A stretch of 64,000 nucleotides of DNA, taken from positions 22,570-86,569 of the forward strand of contig CAMUVS010000003.1 of the NCBI GenBank assembly GCA_947164155.1. The letters are read 5' to 3'. The DNA is from an uncultured Bacillales bacterium. Lineage in GTDB: Bacteria > Bacillota_I > Bacilli_A > RFN20 > CAG-826. The notes below the pieces were generated by a model. The model ran no database searches. It was given only the letters and a program-made list of their open reading frames with translations, and was not told where the DNA came from. A program made the translations under genes and the position numbers. Below, one piece after another: positions 38,883 through 47,594 of the stretch. The stretch's first letter is position 1, and each line of letters opens with the position of its first letter.

Positions 38883-40028
38883 TTAGTTTTCTTTCTTTTT
38901 TCTAAAGAGGAAATATCCACCAATAGCTGCTAAAGCAATAGAAGAAATAACAATAATGATAATTGCGGTTCCACCATTTTCACCAATTATGGAACTAAGA
39001 ATTCTGGAATTGGCTGATGCTGAATTAACACTTCTTAACTCATTAATTACTTCCGCAAAAGTAACGGTTGTATCTGCTCCAGAGGAAGATGTGTCCTTAT
39101 ATGTATAAATTGTTGCTGAATCGACATAAGTTTTAGCGGATGCAGTTAATCCATCATATCTATCAACCCATGTCTTAGCATCAAGACCACAAATACTATA
39201 TTGCTTAACACTACCACTTGATGGAACTGCTAATCTTGCAGTATTCAAGTCATATACAAATGCTGCAGCAGCACCATAAGTAGAATCACTTCTCCAAGAG
39301 CTTCCATCATGCCAGTAGTAATTTCCTTCTACATAAGACATATCGCCTGATTGATTAGATCCACCATCATTAAAAATGAAATTAGATTTAGAGGAATTTA
39401 CGTATTCAAATGTCACCTTTTGGAGCATGCCGCCATTAAATTTGAGGTTTGAGTCACTAATAGACACGCTGGTTCCAGGCCAAGAACCATTTAAATATAT
39501 TTCTTTTGAACCAATTTTTTCGAATGTATAAACATTAAGGGCTCCCCAATCAAATGCGTCAACGTAGACTGTAGCAGTTTTTACATCATTATGAGTATAA
39601 GCAACCCATCCAACATCATGAACATACATTTTATGGTTAAAGCTATCAGTTGTTGTCCAAGAACTAAATGGTTGTTGCTGACTAACCCAAGCTGATCCAT
39701 TGTATAGTTGGATTTGCATAGTATCTACACCACCATACTTGACATTATAATCAGCTCTTAAAATATAGTACTCAGTTGAACCTCTTGTGTATGTATATCT
39801 CTCTGGAGTAAACTCATAAGTCCACCAAGTACCATTATCTCCAATATTTAAATTTAACTTGACAGTATAACCTTGAAGGGTAGATGCTTGAACAGCATAA
39901 TATAAATAATAATCACCTTCCGCATTAACAGCCTTAACATCATTGGCATGATTAGCACCAGCAAATGCACCAACGCCTAAAAGCGCAGCAAATGCCGTAG
40001 CAAAAAGCATTTTTCTTTTAGCTCTCAT
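38883..40028 (-). CDS. Membrane-anchored surface protein with CBM25/26-like starch-binding module (paralog family member, 381 aa)
   Basis: Signal peptide. N-terminal beta module shared with the 733-aa protein (YYAV...MQIQLYNGSAWVSQ). A segment NVYTF...GSWPGTSV...FIFNDGGSNQSGDM matches the CBM25/26 pattern. Cys-containing helical module. Anchor IIIIVISSIALAAIGGYFLF-RKKKEN. Confidence 0.65.
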   Translation of the reverse strand: MRAKRKMLFATAFAALLGVGAFAGANHANDVKAVNAEGDYYLYYAVQASTLQGYTVKLNLNIGDNGTWWTYEFTPERYTYTRGSTEYYILRADYNVKYGGVDTMQIQLYNGSAWVSQQQPFSSWTTTDSFNHKMYVHDVGWVAYTHNDVKTATVYVDAFDWGALNVYTFEKIGSKEIYLNGSWPGTSVSISDSNLKFNGGMLQKVTFEYVNSSKSNFIFNDGGSNQSGDMSYVEGNYYWHDGSSWRSDSTYGAAAAFVYDLNTARLAVPSSGSVKQYSICGLDAKTWVDRYDGLTASAKTYVDSATIYTYKDTSSSGADTTVTFAEVINELRSVNSASANSRILSSIIGENGGTAIIIIVISSIALAAIGGYFLFRKKKEN

Positions 40029-40140
40029 AAATAAAACCTCCCGAAAGTTCTATAAATGTAGATTGTTGATAGTTTACCTTAACTTACAATTTATAACAAC
40101 ACTTTTTATAAAATAAAAATAGAATTAGAATCATCAAATT

Positions 40141-40164
40141 AAAAAAGGCGACAAAGTCGCCTTC
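40141..40164 (-). terminator. Terminator after the 382-aa surface protein gene
   Basis: Minus-strand RNA is AAGGCGAC-uuu-GUCGCCUU followed by UUUUAAUUU. Confidence 0.7.
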
Positions 40165-40219
40165 TGTATCAAATTCTATCTAACATTATAACTTTCGGGA
40201 GTCGATAGAAATTGTTACC

Positions 40220-41368
40220 TTAATCGTTTTTCTTCTTCTTAAATAAGAAGTATCCGCCTATAGCAGCGATAGATACTGAGCTAATAACAATGATAGCAAT
40301 CATGCTACTTGAATTTTCTACAGTTTGAGTAATAGGATTAACACTGATAGCAGCGGCTCTAGGAGTAGAACTACTATTCACTATAAATCGCACTAAGCTT
40401 GAATGAGCTGCTACTGCATGATCATATGTTGCAAGTGCTTTGCCTAAATTATCACCATTTGGATCAGCAGTTGCTCCGTAAACGTAATCTTTTGCATCGT
40501 TGGAAAGTTTTCCATATTCTGTCGCACATGACGTCCAACCACTTGGAAGAGTTTTACCGGTAGCATCGCATCCAACATGAGTATTAAAATATGTTGCCCA
40601 TCCATCAGCGTCAACTATATCTTGTCTTGAAATCCATAATCTTTTAGTTTCGGTATCAAAATAGAAATCGTATGTACCAGCAATTTCGCATTTAATATTT
40701 GGATTTTGATCACTTCTTTCGGTTTGACTTCCGCCCGAAATAGCATTTGCTAACGCATCTGGTCTGCCATAATATCCAGACCAAACGCCGTCACCTGCAA
40801 GCATTTTGAATTCTTCATCTTTTTCTAAACTAACAGAACCTGATACTTCTGGATTACCATCACCATTTATACCAATTTTTGATAATGTGGTTTTTGTACC
40901 AAAACTTGAAACTAAACTGCTTCTGACTTGTGCCGAAACTGTCCATTGAGAGGTACTTGGATTATCCCAACCGTTATCGATGTAAGTCGCTTCATTCCAT
41001 CCTAAATCACTAGTTTGATTCCATTTTTGATTCCAATTACCGCTTGTCGCAGCCGGATTCATTCGAACCCAAATTAATTTAGTTGGTGTAAAACTTATAG
41101 AATAATCGAATTTGTATAACAACGTGCTAGTTGATGAGGTTTGTAAAGAAGTCCAATAGTTGTTTGTATCATCAGTGATATAAGCACAAATTTTTGCACC
41201 GCTTTGAAACCAGTTGTGGTTTGAAGCAAATTTAACTATTAAACTCCCAGAAGCCCCAGCAGCTTCAACTTTAGTAGCGTTACCTTTTTGATAAGCAACA
41301 GAAACACCAATACCAGCAGCTAAAACTGTTGATAATAATAATCCACCAATAAGTTTTTTAAGTTTCAT
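40220..41368 (-). CDS. Membrane-anchored surface protein, paralog family member (382 aa), downstream of the G10 promoter
   Basis: Signal peptide. N-terminal module (ICAYITDD..NYWTSL...LIWVRMNP...NQKWNQTSDLGW) related to the C-terminal module of the 1067-aa lipoprotein. A Y-x-G/FK beta module (EEFKMLAGDGVWSGYYG...GTYDFYFDTETKRLWIS). Cys-containing helical module. Anchor IAIIVISSVSIAAIGGYFLF-KKKKND. Confidence 0.6.
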   Translation of the reverse strand: MKLKKLIGGLLLSTVLAAGIGVSVAYQKGNATKVEAAGASGSLIVKFASNHNWFQSGAKICAYITDDTNNYWTSLQTSSTSTLLYKFDYSISFTPTKLIWVRMNPAATSGNWNQKWNQTSDLGWNEATYIDNGWDNPSTSQWTVSAQVRSSLVSSFGTKTTLSKIGINGDGNPEVSGSVSLEKDEEFKMLAGDGVWSGYYGRPDALANAISGGSQTERSDQNPNIKCEIAGTYDFYFDTETKRLWISRQDIVDADGWATYFNTHVGCDATGKTLPSGWTSCATEYGKLSNDAKDYVYGATADPNGDNLGKALATYDHAVAAHSSLVRFIVNSSSTPRAAAISVNPITQTVENSSSMIAIIVISSVSIAAIGGYFLFKKKKND

Positions 41369-41499
41369 AATTTTTCACTTGTCACTAGAGTTTCTAGCGA
41401 CTACTCCTTCCTAGAAGTTAAAACAAGTAAGATATCTCATTGTTTTGAGAACTGTCACTTCAGGAATTTTATTCCTAAAGTATGATGAAAGTTGTAATT

Positions 41500-41528
41500 A
41501 ATATACCCCCCCCCCGTCGCTTTGTCAA
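41500..41528 (-). promoter_or_regulatory. Near-consensus promoter with a G10 tract inside its 17-nt spacer
   Basis: Minus-strand reading is TTGACA (41528-41523) aagcgac GGGGGGGGGG (41515-41506) TATATT (41505-41500). It lies about 130 nt upstream of the ATG at 41368. Confidence 0.6.
41506..41515. repeat. Homopolymeric C10/G10 tract
   Basis: Plus strand reads atata-CCCCCCCCCC-gtcgc. It is the only G/C homopolymer of this length I noticed in the window. Confidence 0.95.
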
Positions 41529-41540
41529 CACATAAATATC

Positions 41541-41557
41541 ATTATGCTAAGCATAAT
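41541..41557. promoter_or_regulatory. Perfect 8-1-8 palindrome just upstream of the -35 box (candidate regulator site)
   Basis: ATTATGCT-A-AGCATAAT at 41541-41557, with a third ATTATG half-site at 41561-41566. Confidence 0.45.
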
Positions 41558-41896
41558 GGTATTATGTTATTTAACCTCAAAATACATTATTTCTTCACGT
41601 TACTCAAAAGGGACAAAATTATATTTCTATTTGTATTTTTAAATGCACCTCATATATAAATGTATTTGCTTATTAATAAAAATAATTAAGCACAATAATT
41701 TTTACTTCTTTCTAAAGATCATTTTGTTTAAATTAATCAAATTTAAGTTATTAAACTCATAATTATTTATCTAATAATTGTTATCTAGATTTAAAGCCTA
41801 TTTAAGACAGGTTAAAGCAAAAAACGTTAATTTATTCAACTTTACTACAAAAGCGTCTTAAATCAGCCTTTATGCGCGATATATACGCACACAAAT

Positions 41897-41922
41897 TAAA
41901 AGCGGACCAAACGGCCCGCTTA
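41897..41922 (-). terminator. Terminator after the 733-aa surface protein gene (AAAAGCG...CCGCTTA family)
   Basis: Minus-strand RNA is AGCGGGCC-guuu-GGUCCGCU followed by UUUUAAUUUG. Confidence 0.7.
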
Positions 41923-41941
41923 GACTAGATTAACTAGTTAA

Positions 41942-44143
41942 TTATTTTTGTTTTCTCTTTTTGAAAACTAATAAGGTTGTAAATGCAAGAGCACTAACAG
42001 CAGCAATAGAGATCACAATAATCATTGTAGAATTATTAACATCACTAGAGGAGAATGTTAAAGAAGATTGTCTAGCTTCGACCTTTTGTCCCCAGATGAA
42101 GTCCTTAAACATTCCTGTGCCATATTTTGTAATAATATAAGCATATCTAGCAACCATTCTTAATTTAGCGTCATCGGATTCTTCATCTCCGCCATTAAAT
42201 CCAACATCTTTAATGTCTTGAATTTCATCTTCTGATAAGCCTTTAAAACCTTCTTCAAATTGTGACCACAATAATTGTAAGGTTTCTAAATCAGTTTGTG
42301 TACCTTGAGCGTGACAAACTGTTCCAGTATGACTTAAGAAATCTTCAATATAAGCATATTCACCACCATTGAACCAAACTTTGTTTTCATCATTAACGTA
42401 GAACGCATATGTTCCAGGAACTGTGAATGCAAAGTTAGTATCTTCATCAATATGGACAAACGCAGGCTCTTCTTTATGACCCATTTCATAAGTAGCAGGA
42501 GCCCAACCAGGTGTTCCTGAACCAGCATCTGCAACAAATTCTAATGGTTTAACAACAAATGGATTATCATCAGTAGTACCTTCTGGAACTTCTACTGCAC
42601 CTGTGCATTTATTACCAGCGGATGTACCTAATTTCATTGAGTTTTCAACTGAGAATGTTTCATCTTCTCCACCAGCTAAGTACCATCCAAGTTGCATAGC
42701 CTTTATATAGAGCGACATATTAGATTCAACAGGGGTAACTCCAGATTCAAATGGAACTGTACAATCAGAGTCGCTATAGACACCTAAAGCAACATATCCT
42801 TCTGGAGTAACATCAGGAACAGTAAATGGTTGTCCTTTAATGACATCAGTATCTTCATATAACGCACTTGTTTCACCTTGACAATAACTACCAGCGTATT
42901 GTTTTGCAAAAACTGTTACTGTTACTCTTTCAGCATGATTAACAACGTCAAATAAGAATTGATTATTAACGTATTTTGCATAAACATCATAAGTTCCATC
43001 AGCGGTGAATTTTAAATTATGACCAACTAATGTGCCAACTTCAGATTCACCATCTTGTAAAGAGGCCCATTGTTCAAATGGAGATCTATCAGTATAGTAA
43101 CTGCAAATTCTAATTTCATCATTTGCTTTTGCTTCAAAACCAATAAATTGAGCCACATCACCTTCATATAAATCTTCAGTGCTCATTTTGTTAGCGGCAA
43201 CATATTTCCATTCGCTAGCAGAGCCTTTAATATAGTAGCCTTCAGAAGCAGGAACTTCTTGAGCAGCATCTGACCATTGAACTTTAAAGCATCCAGATTC
43301 ATCAGTTTCACTCAAAAGTTGTAAATATGCTTTTGCACCTTCTTGGCTAATATCTACGGTTTGTGAAGCAACGCCATCATTAATAATAAAGCTAGCGTCT
43401 ACTGGAACTGTTACAGACTTGCCGTTAACAGCTAATCCTGGCCACTCAGCATTTTTGCCATCTTCATTCCAAGCATAAACATTATATGTATCAAATTTTT
43501 TAGCGTAGCCATCATCAATTGTATATGTAGCTGTTTCTTTATCAACAAATCTACCATAGACGCTACAATCAGAAGTGATTTCGGTTACTTTAGTTTTATA
43601 ATCTGATGCTGTATACCACCCATCAAATGTCTTTCCGTAAGTATTATCCTTTAAAACTGGAGTAGAACCGTCAACAACATCAATAGCAGTTTCTGCAGTT
43701 CCGTCGACTACTGGAGTAACTTTATGAGTTTGACCGTCTGGAGTATAAGTCTTCCATGATCCATCATAAATTTTTCCATTATAGGTAGATACCGCTGTCC
43801 ATGTATCGAATGCCACAACTTGGCTTATCCATGTTCCTCCATCATATTGTTGAAGTTGCATAATGCCAAGACCATCATACTTATCAGTAAAGGAACAAGT
43901 ATAAACAGGAACACCTCCAAAAGTATTATCTGTTTTGGTCATTTCAAAAGTTTCCCAAGGATCTGAATCATAACTACCATAACGAACATTACATTTAACT
44001 GTATATGATGTTGTAACAGCATAATAGATCGTAGTCTTGGTTGCTGCTTTAACTTCAGCAACTTCATTTTGATGTGCACCAACGGCAACACCAACGCCTA
44101 AAGCCATTGCTAAAGTCGTAGCAAAAATTAATCCTTTCTTCAT
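41942..44143 (-). CDS. Membrane-anchored multi-module surface protein with CBM25/26-like module (733 aa, paralog family member)
   Basis: Signal peptide. N-terminal module (TIYYAV...MQLQQYDGGTWISQ). A segment YNVYAWNEDGKNAEWPGLAV...FIINDGVASQTVDI matches the CBM25/26 pattern. At least two Y-x-G/FK beta modules. Cys-containing helical module (FLSHTGTVCHAQG...LSEDEIQDIK...ARYAYIITKYG). Anchor MIIVISIAAVSALAFTTLLVF-KKRKQK. Confidence 0.65.
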   Translation of the reverse strand: MKKGLIFATTLAMALGVGVAVGAHQNEVAEVKAATKTTIYYAVTTSYTVKCNVRYGSYDSDPWETFEMTKTDNTFGGVPVYTCSFTDKYDGLGIMQLQQYDGGTWISQVVAFDTWTAVSTYNGKIYDGSWKTYTPDGQTHKVTPVVDGTAETAIDVVDGSTPVLKDNTYGKTFDGWYTASDYKTKVTEITSDCSVYGRFVDKETATYTIDDGYAKKFDTYNVYAWNEDGKNAEWPGLAVNGKSVTVPVDASFIINDGVASQTVDISQEGAKAYLQLLSETDESGCFKVQWSDAAQEVPASEGYYIKGSASEWKYVAANKMSTEDLYEGDVAQFIGFEAKANDEIRICSYYTDRSPFEQWASLQDGESEVGTLVGHNLKFTADGTYDVYAKYVNNQFLFDVVNHAERVTVTVFAKQYAGSYCQGETSALYEDTDVIKGQPFTVPDVTPEGYVALGVYSDSDCTVPFESGVTPVESNMSLYIKAMQLGWYLAGGEDETFSVENSMKLGTSAGNKCTGAVEVPEGTTDDNPFVVKPLEFVADAGSGTPGWAPATYEMGHKEEPAFVHIDEDTNFAFTVPGTYAFYVNDENKVWFNGGEYAYIEDFLSHTGTVCHAQGTQTDLETLQLLWSQFEEGFKGLSEDEIQDIKDVGFNGGDEESDDAKLRMVARYAYIITKYGTGMFKDFIWGQKVEARQSSLTFSSSDVNNSTMIIVISIAAVSALAFTTLLVFKKRKQK

Positions 44144-44190
44144 TATAAAAATCTCCTTTTGTTTTTTATTAAAAAACGATTAACACTTAT

Positions 44191-44219
44191 ATTTTACTAT
44201 TTTTATTTTATACTGTAAA
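44191..44219 (-). promoter_or_regulatory. Candidate promoter of the 733-aa surface protein gene
   Basis: Minus-strand reading is TTTACA (44219-44214) - 17 nt - TAAAAT (44196-44191). The RBS AAAAGGAGA lies before the ATG. Confidence 0.45.
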
Positions 44220-44340
44220 TTATTTCTATTTATAGAAAAGATATTTAGACAATAAATAATAATGTTTAGTACATTTTCATATGAACGAGTCATACTTTTT
44301 AGAATATACAAAATTTATTTATTAATTAAATAGCCATATT

Positions 44341-44365
44341 AAAAGCGGACCCGGAGGCCCGCTTA
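44341..44365 (-). terminator. Terminator ending the long starch operon (AAAAGCG...CCGCTTA family)
   Basis: Minus-strand RNA is AGCGGGCC-uccg-GGUCCGCU followed by UUUUAAUAUGG. Confidence 0.7.
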
Positions 44366-44384
44366 TGATGATAATTATTTGAAA

Positions 44385-47300
44385 TTATTGAGGGTTATAT
44401 TCTTTCCAAGAGGAACAGCTATAGGAATAAGTTCCGCTAGTACAAGTCATATTTTCAGTTTGATTATAAATTCTACCAGTGACATCTCCTTTAGTGCTCC
44501 AATTTGGAGTAGCTGTACCTTGGATACATCTTACTAATAAGAAGCCTGTTAATTCTTCATCAACTGTAAATGTAGCGGTAGTTCCAGAAATTGTTAATGC
44601 TTTCCAAGAACCAGTATCGTTAGCTGACCATACCCAAGCAAAGATTACACAACCATCATTTTGAATCCAAGTTGGTAAAGAGGTCACAGTATAAGTAATA
44701 TCATCTTCAATTGGAGTATCTCCTCCACCATCAGCATAATAGAGTTTAATGTGGTTACCTTCTCCATGTTCAACATATAAGTCGACATAATAATTGCCAG
44801 TCACTAAGACTTTTAAATTGCCTTCGCTTGTTGTGGTCCAGTGAGTTGCATCTTCTGTATATCCTTCATTAGATCCAATAAATGCTTCATCAGCTACAGA
44901 ATAGACTTTTAATTCAGTATTAGCGCTTAATTCAATAGGTCCAAGACTATAATGGTTGTCATCAAGAGAATCTTGATTCATCGCATATTGCTCATCAATT
45001 TCCCAGGCACCGTTAATACCTTCAACATAATATAAGGCTTCTGGGGATGGAGATGGAGATGAGTTAGCCTCAACATAAACTGACCAACCTCTATTTTGAT
45101 CTAAGCATTTAACATAAATCTTATAAGTACCTTCAGTATTAACAACAACATTATCTGGATGACTCATTTGACCTTTAGCAAATGCACCAACAGTGTCTTC
45201 ATAAGCGACTTCCCAATATAATGTTTCTCCACCAATGACAACTTTAAATTGATTATCTTTAACAAATGTAACTGTTGCTTCATATTGAACAATAACATCA
45301 TCACTCTTAGGAGCGGTAGATACTTCAAACTTCATTGCTTTAGAAGCATCGCTTCCCCAATAATCAGCTGTACCAGTAGCTGTACCAGTATGATAATCAG
45401 CATTACCAACAAGATAAGGAATACCATCTTCGAATGTTTTTGGAAGTGGGGCGTCAGTAGAGATAGTAACTATTACTTCTACACTCTTCCAGCTATCAGT
45501 AAAGACAATCTTAGCAGTACCAGCGTTTTCTCCTGCGGTAACAGTGAATTTATAATTTTCACTACCTGTTCCACGAACAACACTAATTAAGGAACTACCT
45601 TCAGTTATTTCATAAGATAGGTCTCCTTGCCAATCGTGTGCTTCTAAAACAGTGGATTCATTAATTTGAATTTGTGGTGTGGTATCAGATAAGTTCAATT
45701 CATGACGTCCAACATAAATGCTATACCATCCTTCAGGATGTTCGTTAGTATATTGCGCGTGATAGATTGCATAATATCCAGTACGGTTAACTAAGATATT
45801 ATTATCAGCAGTCACTGACATATCTGGAGAAGTACCAACGAAGGCCCCTTCATTTACTTTATATTCACCAATACGATATGTACCAGTTGTGTAACCATCA
45901 ATTTCTAAATATGCTGAGGCATTACGTAACTTCCAAAGATCGCCTTGGTTAAATTTCACAATCGCTCTTCTTTCATATAATAAGGTATCATGAGGTGTTT
46001 GAACGACTTCATTAACGGCCTTAGCTTGATTGGCTCTATCCCAGCTACCAGTTGAGGAAGCTTTAGAAACACCACTAGAATAATCAGCACTACCAACGAT
46101 ATAAGTCATATCGCTACTAAATGGAATTTCTGGAACACTAACAGTAATTTCTTTAGCGGCACTGACACCTAAAACAGTAGCAGTAATAGTAACTACGCCA
46201 TCACTAACTCCACTAACAGAGCCAGATTCATTAACGGTAGCAATATCAGTGTTACTACTACTATAAGTGACATATTCACTTGGAACGCCGCTAGGATCAG
46301 TAGAAACACTTAATTGAATGCTGCTACCAACATTAACTTCATTAGCCCCAGAAATAGAAACAGTATCAACTTCATAACCAACTGATAAATTCACAGTCTT
46401 ACTAACTCCGCTTCGAGTTTCGGAAACTGTTAAGGTGGTTGAACCTATTGCACTAACAGCAAATAATTTGCCAGCTTCATTAACTCGAGCAACAGTTTCA
46501 TCTGCTACTTGGAAAGTGAAGTTAGGAATAGAAGCAACAGGATATCCAGCTTTATCGGTTGTATATTCAAATGGAATAGTTATATTACTTCTTCCATTTC
46601 TATTAGTTAAACTAATATCATCAAGAAGAATATTTTGAACTTTGACTTCAAAGACATTAACAGTCATTTTTTCACTAGTAATAGTTCCTTCTTTGCCTTT
46701 GGCGGTCGCATAGATCTTTGCGCTACCAGTAGCTAAAGCGTGGACAATACCAGTATCTTCTTCAACAGATAATATAGATGGATTATCAGAATAATATTTA
46801 ACTTCTGGATGAGTCACTTCAACATCTAGTTCATTAGCTCTAATAGCCTCAGCCTTCATAGTAAAGTTATGACCAATTTCGACTTCAGATTCAAATTCAG
46901 TAATACGAACTGTATCTGGATAAATTGTGCGGTCAGCGACTTCCACAGTTAATTCAATAGCTTTATTAATATAAGCACTACTAGCGGTAATGATAACGTT
47001 ACCACTAACATCTTTAGTGGTTAAAACACCATCATCGTTAATAGTTGCGATATCTTCGTTAGATGAATGCCAAGATAATTCTGTTTCGGTAGTGTCACTT
47101 GGAGAGTATCTCACTAAGTTTTCTAATTGATATTGATGATTAAAATCAGCAGGTAAATTATCTTGAACGAAATAAATATCAGTTACAGGAACATAGACTT
47201 CAACAGTTAAATTAATTGGTTCAAATGAAGCTTCTTTATTAGAACATGTAATTGTGGTTTTACCAGCTTCTAAAGCAGTAACTACACCTTTAGAAACAGT

Positions 47301-47588
47301 AGCAACACTTTCATTACTACTAGCCCAACTTAATGCTCCTTTAACTGCTTTAGCAGGTTCAATAGAGTATTGATATGCATGAGTTTCTCCGTGAGGAATA
47401 TAAATGGATTCTTCCCCACTTTCAAAACTAACTTTGGTAATAGGGACACTATAATCAACCCATTCAGTATCAATATCTAAATCAGAATCATCATAATTAA
47501 GTCCAATTGAGCCATTACCTCCACAAGAAGTAAGAGTTAATCCGGCAAAAGCTAAAGCAAATAAGTAGTATCTTTTCTTCATATTCAC
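44385..47588 (-). CDS. Large surface lipoprotein: five Big_2 Ig-like domains, three Y-x-G/FK beta modules and a C-terminal CBM-like module (1067 aa)
   Basis: Lipobox LTLTSCGG. Repeated Big_2 pattern (e.g. LSWASSNESVATVSKGVVTALEAGKTTITC; VTYSSSNTDIATVNESGSVSGVSDGVVTITA). Modules starting YIVGSADY, YLVGNADY and YYVEGINGAW. C-terminus VIFAWVWSANDTGSWKAL...FLLVRC...YNQTENM. Confidence 0.7.
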   Translation of the reverse strand: MNMKKRYYLFALAFAGLTLTSCGGNGSIGLNYDDSDLDIDTEWVDYSVPITKVSFESGEESIYIPHGETHAYQYSIEPAKAVKGALSWASSNESVATVSKGVVTALEAGKTTITCSNKEASFEPINLTVEVYVPVTDIYFVQDNLPADFNHQYQLENLVRYSPSDTTETELSWHSSNEDIATINDDGVLTTKDVSGNVIITASSAYINKAIELTVEVADRTIYPDTVRITEFESEVEIGHNFTMKAEAIRANELDVEVTHPEVKYYSDNPSILSVEEDTGIVHALATGSAKIYATAKGKEGTITSEKMTVNVFEVKVQNILLDDISLTNRNGRSNITIPFEYTTDKAGYPVASIPNFTFQVADETVARVNEAGKLFAVSAIGSTTLTVSETRSGVSKTVNLSVGYEVDTVSISGANEVNVGSSIQLSVSTDPSGVPSEYVTYSSSNTDIATVNESGSVSGVSDGVVTITATVLGVSAAKEITVSVPEIPFSSDMTYIVGSADYSSGVSKASSTGSWDRANQAKAVNEVVQTPHDTLLYERRAIVKFNQGDLWKLRNASAYLEIDGYTTGTYRIGEYKVNEGAFVGTSPDMSVTADNNILVNRTGYYAIYHAQYTNEHPEGWYSIYVGRHELNLSDTTPQIQINESTVLEAHDWQGDLSYEITEGSSLISVVRGTGSENYKFTVTAGENAGTAKIVFTDSWKSVEVIVTISTDAPLPKTFEDGIPYLVGNADYHTGTATGTADYWGSDASKAMKFEVSTAPKSDDVIVQYEATVTFVKDNQFKVVIGGETLYWEVAYEDTVGAFAKGQMSHPDNVVVNTEGTYKIYVKCLDQNRGWSVYVEANSSPSPSPEALYYVEGINGAWEIDEQYAMNQDSLDDNHYSLGPIELSANTELKVYSVADEAFIGSNEGYTEDATHWTTTSEGNLKVLVTGNYYVDLYVEHGEGNHIKLYYADGGGDTPIEDDITYTVTSLPTWIQNDGCVIFAWVWSANDTGSWKALTISGTTATFTVDEELTGFLLVRCIQGTATPNWSTKGDVTGRIYNQTENMTCTSGTYSYSCSSWKEYNPQ

Positions 47589-47594
47589 TGCCTC

